Source: Octopus sinensis | Taxonomy: Eukaryota | Direction of reading: 5' to 3' | Length of the DNA: 64,000 nucleotides | Assembly (NCBI RefSeq): GCF_006345805.1 | Contig: NC_043005.1 | Coordinates: 24,428,001 to 24,492,000 of the forward strand | Shown: piece after piece, positions 38,691-52,090 of the stretch | Position numbering within the stretch: the stretch's first letter is position 1 | Layout of the letters: the number at the start of each line of letters is the position of its first letter | The notes under the pieces: model-generated | Database searches by the model: none | Seen by the model: the letters and a program-made list of their open reading frames with translations, nothing else | Told to the model about the DNA's origin: nothing | Program-made: the position numbers and the translations under genes

Positions 38691-38954
38691 TCTGTCTTTT
38701 TCTTTTCGCCTGTTATAAAATTGTAACTTAAAAACTGATGATGTCATTCCATCAAAGTGTTGACGTTGGTTGCTCTCGTTCATACTTGGCGTTTAAATTT
38801 CTGTAATTTTGAATTTTTATGACTTCTTATTTTGAACTTGACAAAGACAGATGTGCTGTTGAAATATCGTTCAACCAATAAAATATCTTACAATCGAATC
38901 GCGCTCTTCGTCTTGACTGTTTACCATTGCGAAGAGTTACGTCAATACGTTTTT

Positions 38955-39220
<266 letters not shown>

Positions 39221-40852
39221 ACTGTGAAAGGATTCACTGATGATATCGAGATGGAGTTTGGCCTTGAAAAGTGTGCCAAAGCCACTTTTAAGAAAGGGAA
39301 ATTGGTAAAGTCAATCGAATTAGATGTCGAAACAGTAACAAAGGAACTTGCGCAGGAAGAAACCTATAGATACCTAGGAATAAATGAAGGCTCTGGTATC
39401 CAGTATGCAAGCTTGAAAGAGAAGGTTAGGAAGGAATGTTATAGAAGAGTTCGAGCAGTCCTGAAGTCTGAGCTGAATGCATATAATAAGGTGTTAGCCA
39501 TAAGTTCCTTAGCTGTCCCAGTTGTTCTTTATAGCTTCAATGTGCTTAAATGGAATACCAGTGAAATAATGAAAATCGATAGAAAAATCCGCAAGCTATT
39601 GACTTGTAATAAGATGCACTATCCAAAGGCAGACGTGGATCGTCTTTACCTTCCCAGAGGTCAGTGACGTCGGGGCTTGATCCAGCTTGAACTTACATAC
39701 AAAACCACTACAATCGGACTGGCAAAATACCTTGAAACAACCAACGATTGGATGCTAAAATTTGTTGAAAAACATGAAAGACCGAAAAAAATTCACTCTA
39801 TTCTGAAAGAGAGCAAGAAATTCGCTACTGATCTCTTAGATACCTACCAGATTGATCAGGTTGAATGCGCCAACTGCTGCTGCAAAGAAAAGAAAATTAA
39901 TTGCAAAGACAAGAGCACATGAAAAATTAGCTAGCAGATGAGAAGAGAAACCTCTGCATGGCAAGTATGTAGCCCGTAGCAAACAAGCTGATGTCGACCA
40001 GAAACACACGCATAAATGGTTACAAAGCTCAGGGCTAAAAGCAGAGAGTGAGTGTTCATAGCTGCTCAAGACCAAAACTTATTAACCCGGAACTACCATG
40101 CTAATGTGATAAAATATGGAGCTGACCCAAAATGCCGATTCTGTAACGATAAGATTGAAACTATAGACCACCTAATCTCAGGGTGTAGAGACTTAGTACC
40201 TGTAGAATATAAAGCAAGACATGACAGAGTCGGCCAGTATTCACTGGACAATATGTCGGCATTATAAAATCAAAACCGCTGACAAACGGTATAAACACCA
40301 TCCTGAAGCTGTAACTGAGAGAGAAAATGTGTCGATTCTCTGGGACGTCCCTGTACATACCGACAAAACTATAAACGCTAATAAACCGGATATTATCATA
40401 AAAGAGCAGACAAAAAAGATGTGTTTATTAATTGACATGAGTATTCCTTGCGATCACAATATAGCGGCGAAAGAATTTGACAAGATCAGTAAATATAAAG
40501 ACTTGCTAATAGAAATTGAAAAACGTGGCATCTACAGTACCAGTGATCGTAGGATCCCTAGGAATGATAAAAAAAAAGGTACTGAAACCTATTTGAAAAT
40601 GATACCAGGCTTACCATCCCTACAGGATGTGCAAAAATCGTGTTAACTGGAACGACTCATGTACTGAGAAGAGCATTATCGCTGTGAAAACAACAAACAT
40701 TCATGCATTTATTTATTTATTATTAATTCTAAATACATATTTTACTTGTGAATTAGCGTGTATAGTTTGGAAATGCATACAATGAGCTTCTCTGCCCTAG
40801 GTGTACGGAAAACACCCGGCGAGAAATGGAAGAAAATTTGAAGAAAGAAGAA

Positions 40853-40855
<3 letters not shown>
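39221..40855 (+). mobile_element. R4/Dong-type RLE element (family B): RT C-terminus, CCHC and RLE; frameshifted
   Basis: DIEMEFGLEKC, YRYLGI, VDRLYLPR, AAQDQNLLTRNY, CRFC...ETIDHLISGC, ILWDVPVHTD...NKPDI, KYKDLLIEI; (TAA)n flanks. Confidence 0.9.
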
Positions 40856-40941
<86 letters not shown>

Positions 40942-40944
40942 CAA

Positions 40945-41650
40945 CAAAATGAAACCATTGATCATGTAGTCTCCATGTGCAGTCTTCTTGCAGAGTGTCT
41001 CAACCGGCATGATAGAGCTCCACTATATGTTCACTGGGTAATTTGCAAAAACTTGGCTTGCCCCATGATAAAAACTGGTGGGAACACAAACCACCTCCAG
41101 TGCTTGGAAATGATCACATTTCACTCCTCCGGAACTTCGCCATTCAAACTGATAGAAAGATAGATGCTAATGGGCCAGACATATTGAAAGTCTTCAGACA
41201 CAAATCATGCCTCCTCATTGATATGACAGTCCCAATCGATATAAACATACCTGTCAAGACCTACCAAAAACTGAGCAAGGATAAAGATCTCGAAATAGAA
41301 ATTGGTAATATGTGGAACCTGTACTAGGTGTCCTAGGAATGATAGCAAAAGTGGCTGATTGCTACCTAGCTCTGATATCAGGAAATCCCAAAAAAGCAGA
41401 AATTCAAAAGATAGTGCTCATGGGAACTGCCCATATCCTACGTAAAATACTGTCTATGTAATCTCAAATTTTAAAACAAACACAATGTTCTTATGGTTTC
41501 TTGGACATTCTCTACAACAATACTATGTACAAAACCAAATATATGACACCCTAGGCATAACATGAATTTCTAACTTGTTGTCTCTTAATGTCTCTGGGTG
41601 AGACATGGAGCCAACTTGTAGAAATGCAAAGCAAAAGTCAAACATAAAAT
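40945..41650 (+). mobile_element. R4/Dong-type RLE element, 3' part (family A)
   Basis: ETIDHVVS.C, RHDR...VHWVICK, QTDRKIDAN.PDI, then 3' UTR; (TAA)n at the 5' side. Confidence 0.85.
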
Positions 41651-41862
41651 AACAATAATAATGAAGAGGAGGGGGAGGGGGAAGGAGAGGAGGAAGCTTC
41701 AAATTTTTGGCATGAAGTGTTTAGCCAAGTAAATCACACCCAGTACTTATTTTTAAGTCAGTTACTTATCTTCTGAGTTACAGAGAGGTAAACAACACCT
41801 GTCTTCAAGCGATTTGAGAGAACAAAGCCACGCGCATACATACGCGCACGCGCACATACATA

Positions 41863-42810
41863 CAGTGGGGGGAAATAAATATTCGTACATGTCAAAATTC
41901 TTTATCTAATTTCTAATGAACATAAATATGATATACCAATACTATATTTGCATACACATGCATAAACTAAGAATATGCAAAAGAAACTAATAAATTATAC
42001 ATACTAAGGAATTTATATACAATCATAAATATTTAGGGGTGAAAAAAATATACGTTCAGAATAAATTTATGATTTTCTATGCCACAAAATACTATTAAAA
42101 TATTTTTTTACTAGAACTTTCTCGTTTGTCCCAATAATCTTATCAGTTGTCATAGGGGGTGTTTCTCTGCAAATGGTACTGGCAATTTACATGTGATAGA
42201 TGGTAGAATGAATGCAGAGATGTACCAATATATTTTGAACAATGATTTATGGGACTCTGTAGAAAAGCTCCAGCTTTGTGTAGGGTGGGTTTTACAACAG
42301 GATAACGACCTAAGCACACGGCGAGGCGAAGTCTACCAAAAAAATGGATTGTCGATTACAATATGAAATTTTCAGAATGGCCAAACCAGTCACCTGACTT
42401 GAACCTCATTGGAAATTTGTGGCGTTATTTGAAAATTAAAACTCATTCAAGTGCATTGCAGATTTGAAGAAAATTTGTCAAGAAGAATGGAAAAAAATTC
42501 CTAAAGAAACATGCAAGTCATTGACTAAGAACTACAAGAGATTAGTTGAAGTGGGACTGAAAAATGGTTATGCTACGAAGTATTAAATCAGAATTATCAG
42601 TTACTTATGTTCTTTACGAATACTTTTTCACCCCTAAATATTTATAATTGTATATAAATTCCTTAGTAAGTATAATTTATTAGTTTCTTTTGCATATTCT
42701 TAGTTTATGCATGTGTATGCAAATATAGTATTGGTATATCCCATTTATGTTCATTAGAAATTAGATAAATAAAGAATTTTGACATGTACGAATATTTATT
42801 TCCCCCACTG
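41863..42810 (+). mobile_element. Internally deleted Tc1 element with ~220 bp TIRs and TA target duplication
   Basis: TA|CAGTGGGGGGAAATAAATATTCGTAC ... GTACGAATATTTATTTCCCCCACTG|TA; internal WVLQQDND.KH and EWPNQSPDLN.IGNLW. Confidence 0.92.
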
Positions 42811-42814
42811 TATA

Positions 42815-42960
42815 CACGTGGGGCTTCCGCACACTTTCCATCTATCAAATTCACTCTGAAGGCATTGGTCGCCCCAATCCCCCAAGATGCCGTGCAGTAG
42901 GACTGAATCTGAAAACATGTCTTTGCAAAGTGAGCTTCTTAACCCCTCACCTGCCGTGAG
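42815..42960 (-). mobile_element. SINE family 1, old left-half fragment
   Basis: TTCCATCTATCAAATTCACT...GCAGTAGGACTGAATC. Confidence 0.55.
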
Positions 42961-44231
42961 CCCCATTTAGGGACCTACTAAAAGCAGTCTCACTGCCGGT
43001 TGTTCATTGTATTTAATGTGAATTACTTATTTACATTGCATTTGCAGCCGTGTGTTTAACAAGATTTAGTCGTTAAAGTTTGTCATTATTAGCTCTTTCT
43101 AAATCTAGAGGACATTTTATTTCATAAATCGAAATTTTTGAACTACAAAAATATTGACTGTTTTGAAAATGCATTTCTCATCTATATCATTCATTGATAT
43201 TTCATACACATTCGCAGTTGATTCAATAGTTTCAAAATAACTAAAATGTTTATTATTGCAATGGAATAGAAAAGAATAAATATGCTTTATTTTCATTTGA
43301 GACTTTTCGAAAAATTTCTTGTAATTTGCAAAATAATTCACATATAAAGAAAATTTAAATACTATATATTAACACATCAGACACCTGACAAAGCCCAAAA
43401 ATATGAATAAAAATAATTGGAGGTTAATGGGCTAATGGCACAACCAAATCTGGTCAGATATTGGAAACAAAATTGCTTCCAGTTTTTCCACAACATTAAA
43501 CCATCAATAGATACCCACCTTATTCATGTACGTTGTACACAACGTTCCAAAGATATGAAAATATCAAATGGGTTTTGTTTGATAACGTCTGATTATTTCG
43601 CATTTTCTACGCATCTCTATTAACAGATAAATGTGTGACATACTTTGTAACGGCTTTTCAGAAACCAATCAAATGTTGATAATTAATTAGAATTTCATAT
43701 ATTTACGAATATTTTTGAGTTTCTATTGCCATGTGGTTCCCCGTTTAACAAGATAACCATATCAACCAAAACCTTATCTGAACCTGAAGCGATTACACTA
43801 TTGAAAGTGTTGTGTTAACGACTTATTTCTTATTTGTATTATGAGGTGTCAAAAACTTTCGTTGCACGTCTGCGTCTTAACCATTTCAGCTTTTCTAAAT
43901 CAGTTTATTGCTATTTTATAGAGAAGCCTTGTAGTTTTGTTTTCTTTGTTCTTTCCTGCTGTGCATCTGAGCACGGTATATGACGATTTCATTATATATT
44001 TTTAAATGTAAATATACCAGTTTAAAGTTGATGTTAGTTTAATGTATAAAGTGATTCCTTTTTGCGGCGTGATGGACAATTGTTCTTTCATGTTTGGTGG
44101 ATCCACATTTTTCAGATCTGCTGTATAAAATAATTGTTGAGGTAGATATGTATAATCGACTATATACTCTTACCACAATATTTGCCTGTTAGAAGTAATC
44201 ATTATTATTATTGTTATTATTATTATTATTA

Positions 44232-44286
<55 letters not shown>

Positions 44287-44289
44287 GAC

Positions 44290-44672
44290 TTTGCACAGCT
44301 TCTAACGCTGGAGATATACTAAAGTTTACTACCAGTGAACTAAGGTAACACCTCTTATTTTTCGAGCATCTTCTGGAGTATTCGAGCGGTTCCAAGCAGT
44401 GATGTTTCCTTCAAGTAGTCCACCCTTAATGCAGCCCTTATATGTTCCACGTACTCCTCGAGATTTTTGCTCACTGTTCCCAGGGCTCCGACAATTATTG
44501 GTACTACTGCTTTTTTTTTTCATCGACTACAAATGCTTAACTTCTCTAGCTAACCTGTCATATCTCTCGACTTTTCTTTCTTCCTTATCGCATACCTTGT
44601 TGTCACCTGGGCATGCAATATCTATGATCCAGCAAAGTTTGTTTTCTCTCTCAACTGAGACTATGTCCGGCT
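44290..44672 (-). mobile_element. R4/Dong-type RLE element, 3' end (family C)
   Basis: Minus strand PDIV...CWIIDIACPGD...EKVERY...IVGALG...LGTARILRKML; (TTA)n flanks on the plus strand. Confidence 0.8.
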
Positions 44673-44694
44673 TATTATTATTATTATTATTATT

Positions 44695-45229
44695 TTTTCT
44701 TCTTCTTCTTTCAAATTTGCTTCCATTTCTTGCCGAGCGTCTTCCCGACTCCTAGGGCAAAGAAACTCATAGTATACATTGGTAGGCCATTAAACCAAAC
44801 TCAATAGTTCGTTCATTCTTTTTTTTCTTTTTTAAGGTTAAATTAAAATACATGGGCAGTAACAGCTCTCACAGCGACAATGCTCTTCTCAATACGTGTG
44901 ATGTACCAGTTAAGACAATCTTTTGCACTTCTTGCAGGGATGGTAAGCCAGGGATCATTCTCATATAACTTTCGGTTCCCTTCTTGATCATTCCTAGTGC
45001 TCCTACGATCACTGGTATTGTAACCGCCTTGAGATGCCACATTTTCTCAATTTCAATGAGTAGGTCTTTATATTTTCTGAGCTGGTCAAACTCTTTTGCC
45101 GAGATATTATGATCACAGGGGATGCTCATGTCGATCAATAAGCAAACTTTATCGTTTTTGTCTTTCACAACAATATCTGGTTTATTGGCTTTGATGGTTC
45201 GGTCTGTATGTACTGGAAAGTCCCACAGA

Positions 45230-45230
<1 letters not shown>
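44695..45230 (-). mobile_element. R4/Dong-type RLE element, 3' end (family B)
   Basis: ILWDFPVHTDRTIKANKPDIVVKD...HVLRRALSL* (ORF 44869-45306, after its poly-I part). Confidence 0.9.
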
Positions 45231-45303
<73 letters not shown>

Positions 45304-45324
45304 CATTATTATTATTATTATTAT

Positions 45325-45880
45325 GTTTGAATTTTGATTTGCATTTGTACAAACTGGCTCCAGATCTCACCCAAACACCTCAAGAGACAGCAAGTTAGAA
45401 GTTCATGTCGGTCTTATGCCTAGGGTGCCATATATTTGGTTTTGTACATAGTGTTGTACTAGAGAATATTTATGAAAGCATAAGAAAATTATAAGTTTGT
45501 TTTAAAATTTGAGATTACATAGTCAGAATTTTACGTATGATATAAGCAGTTCCCATAAGCACTATCTTTTGAATTTCTGCCAATCTGAGGTTTCCTGGTA
45601 TCAGAGCTAGGTAGCAATCAGCCCCTTTTGCTATTATTTCTCGGGCACCTATGAGAACAAGTATAGTTTTAGTCTCGAGGTTCCACATTTTGCCAATTTC
45701 TATTTCAAGATCTTTATACTTGCTCAGTTTTTTATAGGTCTTTACAGATACATTTATATCGATTGGGACAGTTGTTTCAATGGGGAGGTATAATTTTTGT
45801 CTGGCTTTTTCACATCTATCCTTCTATCAGTTTGAATGGTGAAGTTCCAGAGGAGTGAGATGTGATGATTTTCAAGAATA
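45325..45880 (-). mobile_element. R4/Dong-type RLE element, 3' end (family A, decayed)
   Basis: Reverse complement of the 41100-41650 type sequence. Confidence 0.8.
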
Positions 45881-48739
45881 TTATTATTATATTGTGAGGT
45901 ATACTTGCCATCTCATTATGGCTAACCATTAAGGGTGGGTGTTACTGTAGCTTGTAGCCCCAGAAAAACATCGTCTCCAGCTGGCTTTAGGCACACTTTC
46001 TGTGCCCTCATGGTATTTGCTTTTCAGAGATTTATTATTATTATTATTATTATATTATTATTGTTGTTGTTGTTAAATCATTCTAACAATAACGAACTGA
46101 AAATAGCCTTAGTCTAAAAATGGTTATTTGGGCTGCGAGAAATATCAGCCAAATCGCTATCAAATCATGCGCTGCTATTAGAAAACATACAAAGAAAACG
46201 ACAGAATGCTATCTTTGAAGATAAATTTGCTGATCGATTTGACATTAGGGAGAAGAAAGAACATTTGCAGCATTTACTTCTGCTTCCATCTATTCTGATT
46301 TCAAATCGGCTTCAGTTGAGATAGCCTTCCATATTTACTGGGTTTATAAATTAACAAGCAGTCATATACTAGATTCAGTTAAATCGAATCCATCCCTTGT
46401 CTACAACACTAGGACCATGTAGCAATAAGAAATCATTGTTAGTGATGTTATTTAATGAAGGTCCACCATAATGGAACAGATATGATCATCTCGTGATTTT
46501 ACGGGCAGAAGATTTGATTGTTATGTGTAATAAGTCTAACAACCACATAGGGTCTTTCTTTCTGGCTGAGAGAAATTATTACAAGTGTTAGTGTTATCGT
46601 TCTCTTATATTATTTGTATTCACAAAAGGGCGATAGGGTGATAGAGACTGTAGGGCGTTGGAACAATGCCTTGTGGTGTTTAGTTAGGGTTACTCACGTT
46701 CTGAGTTAAAATCCCACAGAGGGTGTCTTTATCTCTCAGCCTACTGGGGTCGGAAGTCGATAAAATAAAACATCAGTCAAGTCCTGGAGAATATGGTATC
46801 GACTAATCACTTTCCTTCAAAAACTGCTTGCCTTGCTGGTCTGGCTCTCTTTCGGTTACGACGACCAGTGTTCCAGTTGGTTCGATCAACCGAACAGCCT
46901 TGGTATTGCAATTAGATAGAGGAAACTGTGCTTGTTCATAGTTAACCGACATAAACCATCGCTTGGATTGACACCTCCCTCTGACTTCGGATATGTTTAG
47001 TAGAATTCACTATGTTGCAAGCATTGGAAGTAAGTCTCTGATTTCTTCCGCCATATATCCCATCAGCCTCTGTGATTCTCCATAAAATAACATGGATACT
47101 GTCATCTCTTTCTCATCCGAAGAAGCCATAAAAAGTCAGATGTGTTGAATGTTAAAAACTAGAAAAGTTGCTGGCTTTTATATCCGCCAGCTCAGAAAAC
47201 TTCAGAAAGAAACGACTTTTCCTTATGATTTTTACTGTTCTAATCAATGCAGATATATGTATCACGTTAATGTTTGATATCGCCCGTAATATTTCAAGAT
47301 GTAACGTTACCTTCTTAGTTAAATATTCCAACCACAACTAGAATATCAATCATGTTCCGTTTCACTCCATGTTTTGTGAGAGCTCTCTCACCTCGTTAAA
47401 CGTCAGGGAAAAGAGATAACTTCTTGTGAGAAATTGTATATTTCCGTTGATATTGTCTGTGGGAAAAGTGCCATAGCAACATATTAAAAGATTAATATCT
47501 GTAAGTCAACAAACGAATATCCACCTTAGCATTGCAACTGTTAGAAATAGAAGTTATACCCTCCTCAAATCAGCCTGCTGTTTAGAACAGAATATGTTAG
47601 ATAGGATATTGCAGTCCAGAGTACAAAAATGCCTGGGAAAGAACGATGGGACGACCACGACTGGAATACCTTTAATCTTAACTTTTTTATAAGTTTGTTG
47701 GATTAGATTCAAGTCGGCCTTGATTCCCCAGCAGCAGTGAAAACAAAACCATCAACAACTGAAATAACATTGACATCGTTGTCAGCAATTTTGGCGTCAT
47801 AACTTTATTTTTATTCGTTTTCTATTACTACCTTAACAATATATTTGGTATTACTGCTTAGAAACTGTAAGTCGATATTTTTGGTAGATATTTTCAATAG
47901 ATTTCCGATTGCATTTGTAAGTTTTCTTGATGACCATATTGTAGCATCTAATTTTGTGTATCAGGTATCATCTCTTTTCACAAAATCAACAGTTTTTATT
48001 TTTGTCGTTGTCGCTATTGATCAATGTCTACTTGATCAGAACTAGCCTGGAGCTTTGAACAAACAGTCTTTGAACAAAAGCATGCCATCATTGAACATTC
48101 CGGGGTTTTTTTTTCTCTTCCTTGCATAGTCGTTTGGAAACTACATCATCAAATGTATTCTTTCTTTTTTACGATAATAAAGTGATTCGGTTGTTATAAA
48201 TTGCACGCCAAACAACCACACAATGGTTCTCTTCTCACTTTATCATAAAGTCCGCTGGATGTTAGACAACATTCTAATTAGAAATTTGTGTTGTATCTAA
48301 AACGAATAAATTTAAGATTCATCCATATTAATTTTTTTGTGATTGTCTCAAATCTTTCAAGAAAAATCGTGTTTAATTTGAGTCTTAGTTACTCTCGTTC
48401 TAATCCTGTTCACTCGTAAAAGGTATTGTGGAATGTTTACCTCAAACCCATATATCAACAGCAAAGGAAGAAATACATTATAATTTATAAGAGGTTAATG
48501 ACTACCATGCGCAAATTTACTTGAAGCTTACGTAGAACAAACATTTCGGTACATAAATTAAACTTTCAGTGATCCTAGAACAAAGCTACCTCAAAAGAAA
48601 CCTACGTGGTGCATCTGTAAACATTTGTAAGAAAATATCAAAAATCAGAACCTTCTGCAGGACAATATGAGTTTCGTTATTGACCATATTGGTAGTCGAG
48701 GAGACAAAACTAGTTGGGTATTTAGACTGATAGATAGAA

Positions 48740-48885
<146 letters not shown>

Positions 48886-49093
48886 GGAATTAAATCAAAA
48901 TGACAGCAGATTGAGCATTGTTCCTGTATCAGTTGCTGATATGAAACAGCAGGTATGTTTCTATGGTTCTCTCTCACTCCGGAATTTCAGGGCTGGTTTC
49001 CTTTTCTTTCGTTTTACGGAAGTGCACATCAACTATTAGAAGTTTTGTTTCCTCCACAGACTTCAGCTGATTTTCTTCTTCTACATACACATC

Positions 49094-49470
49094 TATGGCC
49101 CAGTGGTTAGGGCAGCGGACTCGCGGTCATAGGATCGCGGTTTCGATTCCCAGACCGGGCGTTGTGAGTGTTTATTGAGCGAAAACACCTAAAGCTCCAC
49201 GGGGCTCCGGCAGGGGATGGTGGTGATCCTTGCTGTACTCTTTCACCACACTTTCTCTCACTCATACTTCCTGTTTCTGTTGTACCTTGTATTTCAAAGG
49301 GCCGGCCTTGTCACTCTCTGTGTCACGCTGAATATCCCCGAGAACTACTTTAAGGGTACACGTGTCTGTGGAGTGCTCAGCCACTTACACGTTAATTTCA
49401 CGAGCAGGCTGTTCCGTTGATTCGGATCAACCGGAACCCTCGTCGTCGTAACCGACGGAGTGCTTCCACC
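49094..49470 (+). mobile_element. tRNA-derived SINE (possibly octopus OR-type), full length
   Basis: A box TGGCCCAGTGG, B box GTTTCGATTCC; tail GCAGGCTGTTCCGTTGAT...GTCGTCGTAACCGACGGAGTG, whose reverse complement also appears at ~46845-46900. Confidence 0.75.
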
Positions 49471-49489
49471 ATGTATCTACGTAGTGAGA

Positions 49490-49680
49490 ATTTGCAAAAA
49501 CAAAAAAAACAACAACGAAAGACGAAGACGGGTATGTAAACAATAAACAGATGTATTAGTTTAACGCCCGGGAAGTGAGAAAGACTTTTACGTTTCGAGC
49601 CTAAGCTCTTCAACAGAAAGGAACACAGAAATAAACAAGGAGAGAAAATAGAAAAAGGTTTAGTGACTAACGATCTATGT
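49490..49680 (-). mobile_element. PLE terminal-repeat fragment with a minimal hammerhead-like motif at 49585-49620
   Basis: Near-identical to 60553-60720; shares GTCTTCGTCTTT with the PLE end at 54935-54948. Confidence 0.7.
49585..49620 (-). ncRNA. Minimal (dimer-type) hammerhead-like motif, A6U variant
   Basis: CTTT [I] CTGTTGA A GAGC-TTAG-GCTC [II] GAA ACGT [palindromic III] A | AAAG [I]. Confidence 0.55.
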
Positions 49681-49726
49681 GTGTATGTATGTATGTATGT
49701 ATGTATGTATGTATTATGTATGTATG

Positions 49727-49757
<31 letters not shown>

Positions 49758-49808
49758 GCATGCATTTATATGCATCTTTGTATTAATATTTGTTTATTTC
49801 TATTGCAG

Positions 49809-49932
49809 ATACATCGTCATTGTCCATCCTATGAGGTCTCGTTTGTTATGTACCCTGGGTAATACCAGGAAGATACTATGCGTCTTATGGATAATTTCCA
49901 TATTCATTTCTTGTCCGGCCTTGTACATGATG
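49809..49932 (+). CDS. Internal coding exon of a class A (rhodopsin-like) neuropeptide-type GPCR: end of TM3, ICL2, TM4
   Basis: TTGCAG acceptor and GTGAGT donor; (R)YIVIVHPMRSRLLCTLGNTRKILCVLWIISIFISCPALYMM has the [D/E]RY..I.HP motif and the TM4 W and P; starts in phase 2, ends in phase 0. Confidence 0.9.
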
Positions 49933-49944
49933 GTGAGTATAGCT

Positions 49945-50270
49945 TCCTCTTCTTCTTCTTCTTCTTCTTCTTCTTCTTCTTCTTCTTCTTCTTTCTTCTT
50001 CTTCTTCTTCTTCTTCTTTTTCTTCTTCTTTTCTTCTTCCTCTTCTTCTTCTTTTTCTTTTTCTTCTTCTTCTTCTCCTCCTCCTCCTCCTCTTCTTACT
50101 TGCTTCTTTTGCTTCTACTTCTCGTCCTCCTACTTCTTTTCCCCCTCCTCCTCCTGCTTCTTCTTCGTCTTCTCCGTCTCTTCCCCTCCTCCCATTCCTC
50201 CTCATCCTCCTTCTTATTCTTACTTTCTTTCTTGTGTCTGTTTTCTTCGACTCCTACTTTGTATCTTATT
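49945..50270. repeat. (TTC)n/(TCC)n polypyrimidine tract
   Basis: Directly visible, starting ~12 nt after the donor site. Confidence 0.9.
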
Positions 50271-50386
50271 TTTTGTCCATATATTACAATATTTCATTTT
50301 CTTCCAACCACTCCAGCCACATTATTAATTCCATATCCACTACCACCACCCTGCTATTACTTTTATTTACTACGTTGTTGCATATG

Positions 50387-50516
50387 TATAAGTAAGTTAT
50401 ACAAGATAAGATGATTAATGTGTCTATCTATATACAAATGTTCTAACATAATTATATTCGCCTTGTGGGTGGATTTGATAGACGGAAACTCAAAGAAGCC
50501 CGTCGTATATATATAT

Positions 50517-50550
<34 letters not shown>

Positions 50551-50790
50551 CGACGGGCTTCTTTGAGTTTCCGTCTATCAAATCCACCCACAAAGCGAAT
50601 ATAAATATGTTAGAATATTTGTATATAGATAGACACATTAATCATCTTATACAAGATAAGATGATTAATCTTATGATTAATCTTATACAAGATAAGATGA
50701 TTAATGTGTCTATCTATATACAAATATTCTAACATATTTATATTCGCTTTGTGGGTGGATTTGATAGACGGAAACTCAAAGAAGCCCGTC

Positions 50791-50847
<57 letters not shown>

Positions 50848-50966
50848 CGACGGGCTTCTTTGAGTTTCCGTCTATCAAATCCACCCACAAGGCGAATATA
50901 ATTATGTTAGAACATTTGTATATAGATAGACACATTAATCATCTTACCTTGTATAACTTACTTATA
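50387..50966. repeat. Four-arm nested palindrome built on a SINE 1 fragment and (TA)n
   Basis: Arms alternate +,-,+,-; arms 1 and 4 share three diagnostic bases and arms 2 and 3 share the alternatives. Confidence 0.9.
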
Positions 50967-50977
50967 TATATAACTTA

Positions 50978-51016
<39 letters not shown>

Positions 51017-51830
51017 GACGGCCGCAGGAGTGACTGTGTGGTAAGAAGGCGGTGAGCTGGCAGAAACGTTAGCACGCCGGGCAAAATGCTTAGCGGTGTT
51101 TTGTCTGCCGTTATGTTCTGAGTTCAAATTCCGCCGAGGTTGACTTTGCCTTTCATCCTTTCTGGGTCGATTAAATAAGTACCAGTTACGCACTGGGGTT
51201 GATATAATCGACTTAATCCGTTTGTCTGTCCTTGTTTGTCCTCTCTGTGTTTAGTCCCTTGTGGGTAGTAAAGAAATAGGTATTTCGTCTGCCGCTAGGT
51301 TCTGAGTTCAAATTCCGCCGAGGTCGACTTTGCCTTTCATTCTTTCGGGGTCGATAAATTATGTACCAGTTACGCACTGGAGTCGATATAATTGATTTAA
51401 TCCCTTTGTCTGTCCTTGTTTGTCCCGTCTATGTTTAGTGGCTTGTGGGCAATAAAGAAATAAGAAGCTTGACTCCTAACCACATAGTTCCAGGTTCAGT
51501 CCCATTGCGTGGCACTTTGAGCGTCTTCTACTATAGCCTCCGGCTGATCAAAGCCTTCTGAGTCGAATTGGTAGACGGAAACTGAAAGAAACCCGTCGTA
51601 TTTATATGTATGTCTGTGTTTGTCCCCCCCCCCCAACATCGCTTGACAACCTGTGTTGCTGTGTTTACGTCCCCGTAACTTAGCGGCTCGCAAAAAGGAC
51701 TGATGGGATAAATACTAGGCTTGCAAAGAATAAGTCCTGGGGTCGATTTATTCGACTAAAAGTGGTGCTTCAGCATGGCCGCAGTCAAATGACTGAAACA
51801 CGTAAAAGAATTAAAGAATAAAAGAATATG
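51017..51830 (+). mobile_element. SINE family 1 interrupted in its head by a partly tandem SINE family 2 insertion (~51046-51460)
   Basis: TAAGAAG duplicated at 51042-51048 and 51461-51467; SINE 2 monomer followed by a second, head-truncated copy from ~51279. Confidence 0.85.
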
Positions 51831-52090
51831 GACACATTCATATATATAAGCATATACCTATAATTCTATTCCTTTTTGAATTTTACTTATTGATTTGCGC
51901 ACCTATCAATTTGAGTGCATGTGTACTTAATTTATTGGATAAATACTTTTGACTATAATTAACTTATACTTATTATCTGCCCCTATAATAACAGATTATA
52001 TTTACCTCAATATTAATACGATACTTACATATATGGTAAATTACTATTTATTATCTGTCTGTATACATTCTAACTATTAGCCAAAGTATA

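Noticed and set aside
46995-47040. Possible small exon ending GGAA|GTAAGT
   Set aside because: Phase and sequence do not supply the E-R needed to join the exon at 49809.
46100-48450. Possible decayed LINE/PLE on the minus strand
   Set aside because: No motif could be reconstructed convincingly by eye.
49094-49160. tRNA gene (also similar heads at ~18685, ~52170, ~31620 and in SINE 1/2)
   Set aside because: A and B boxes are present but there is no complete cloverleaf or acceptor stem, and each continues into a SINE body.
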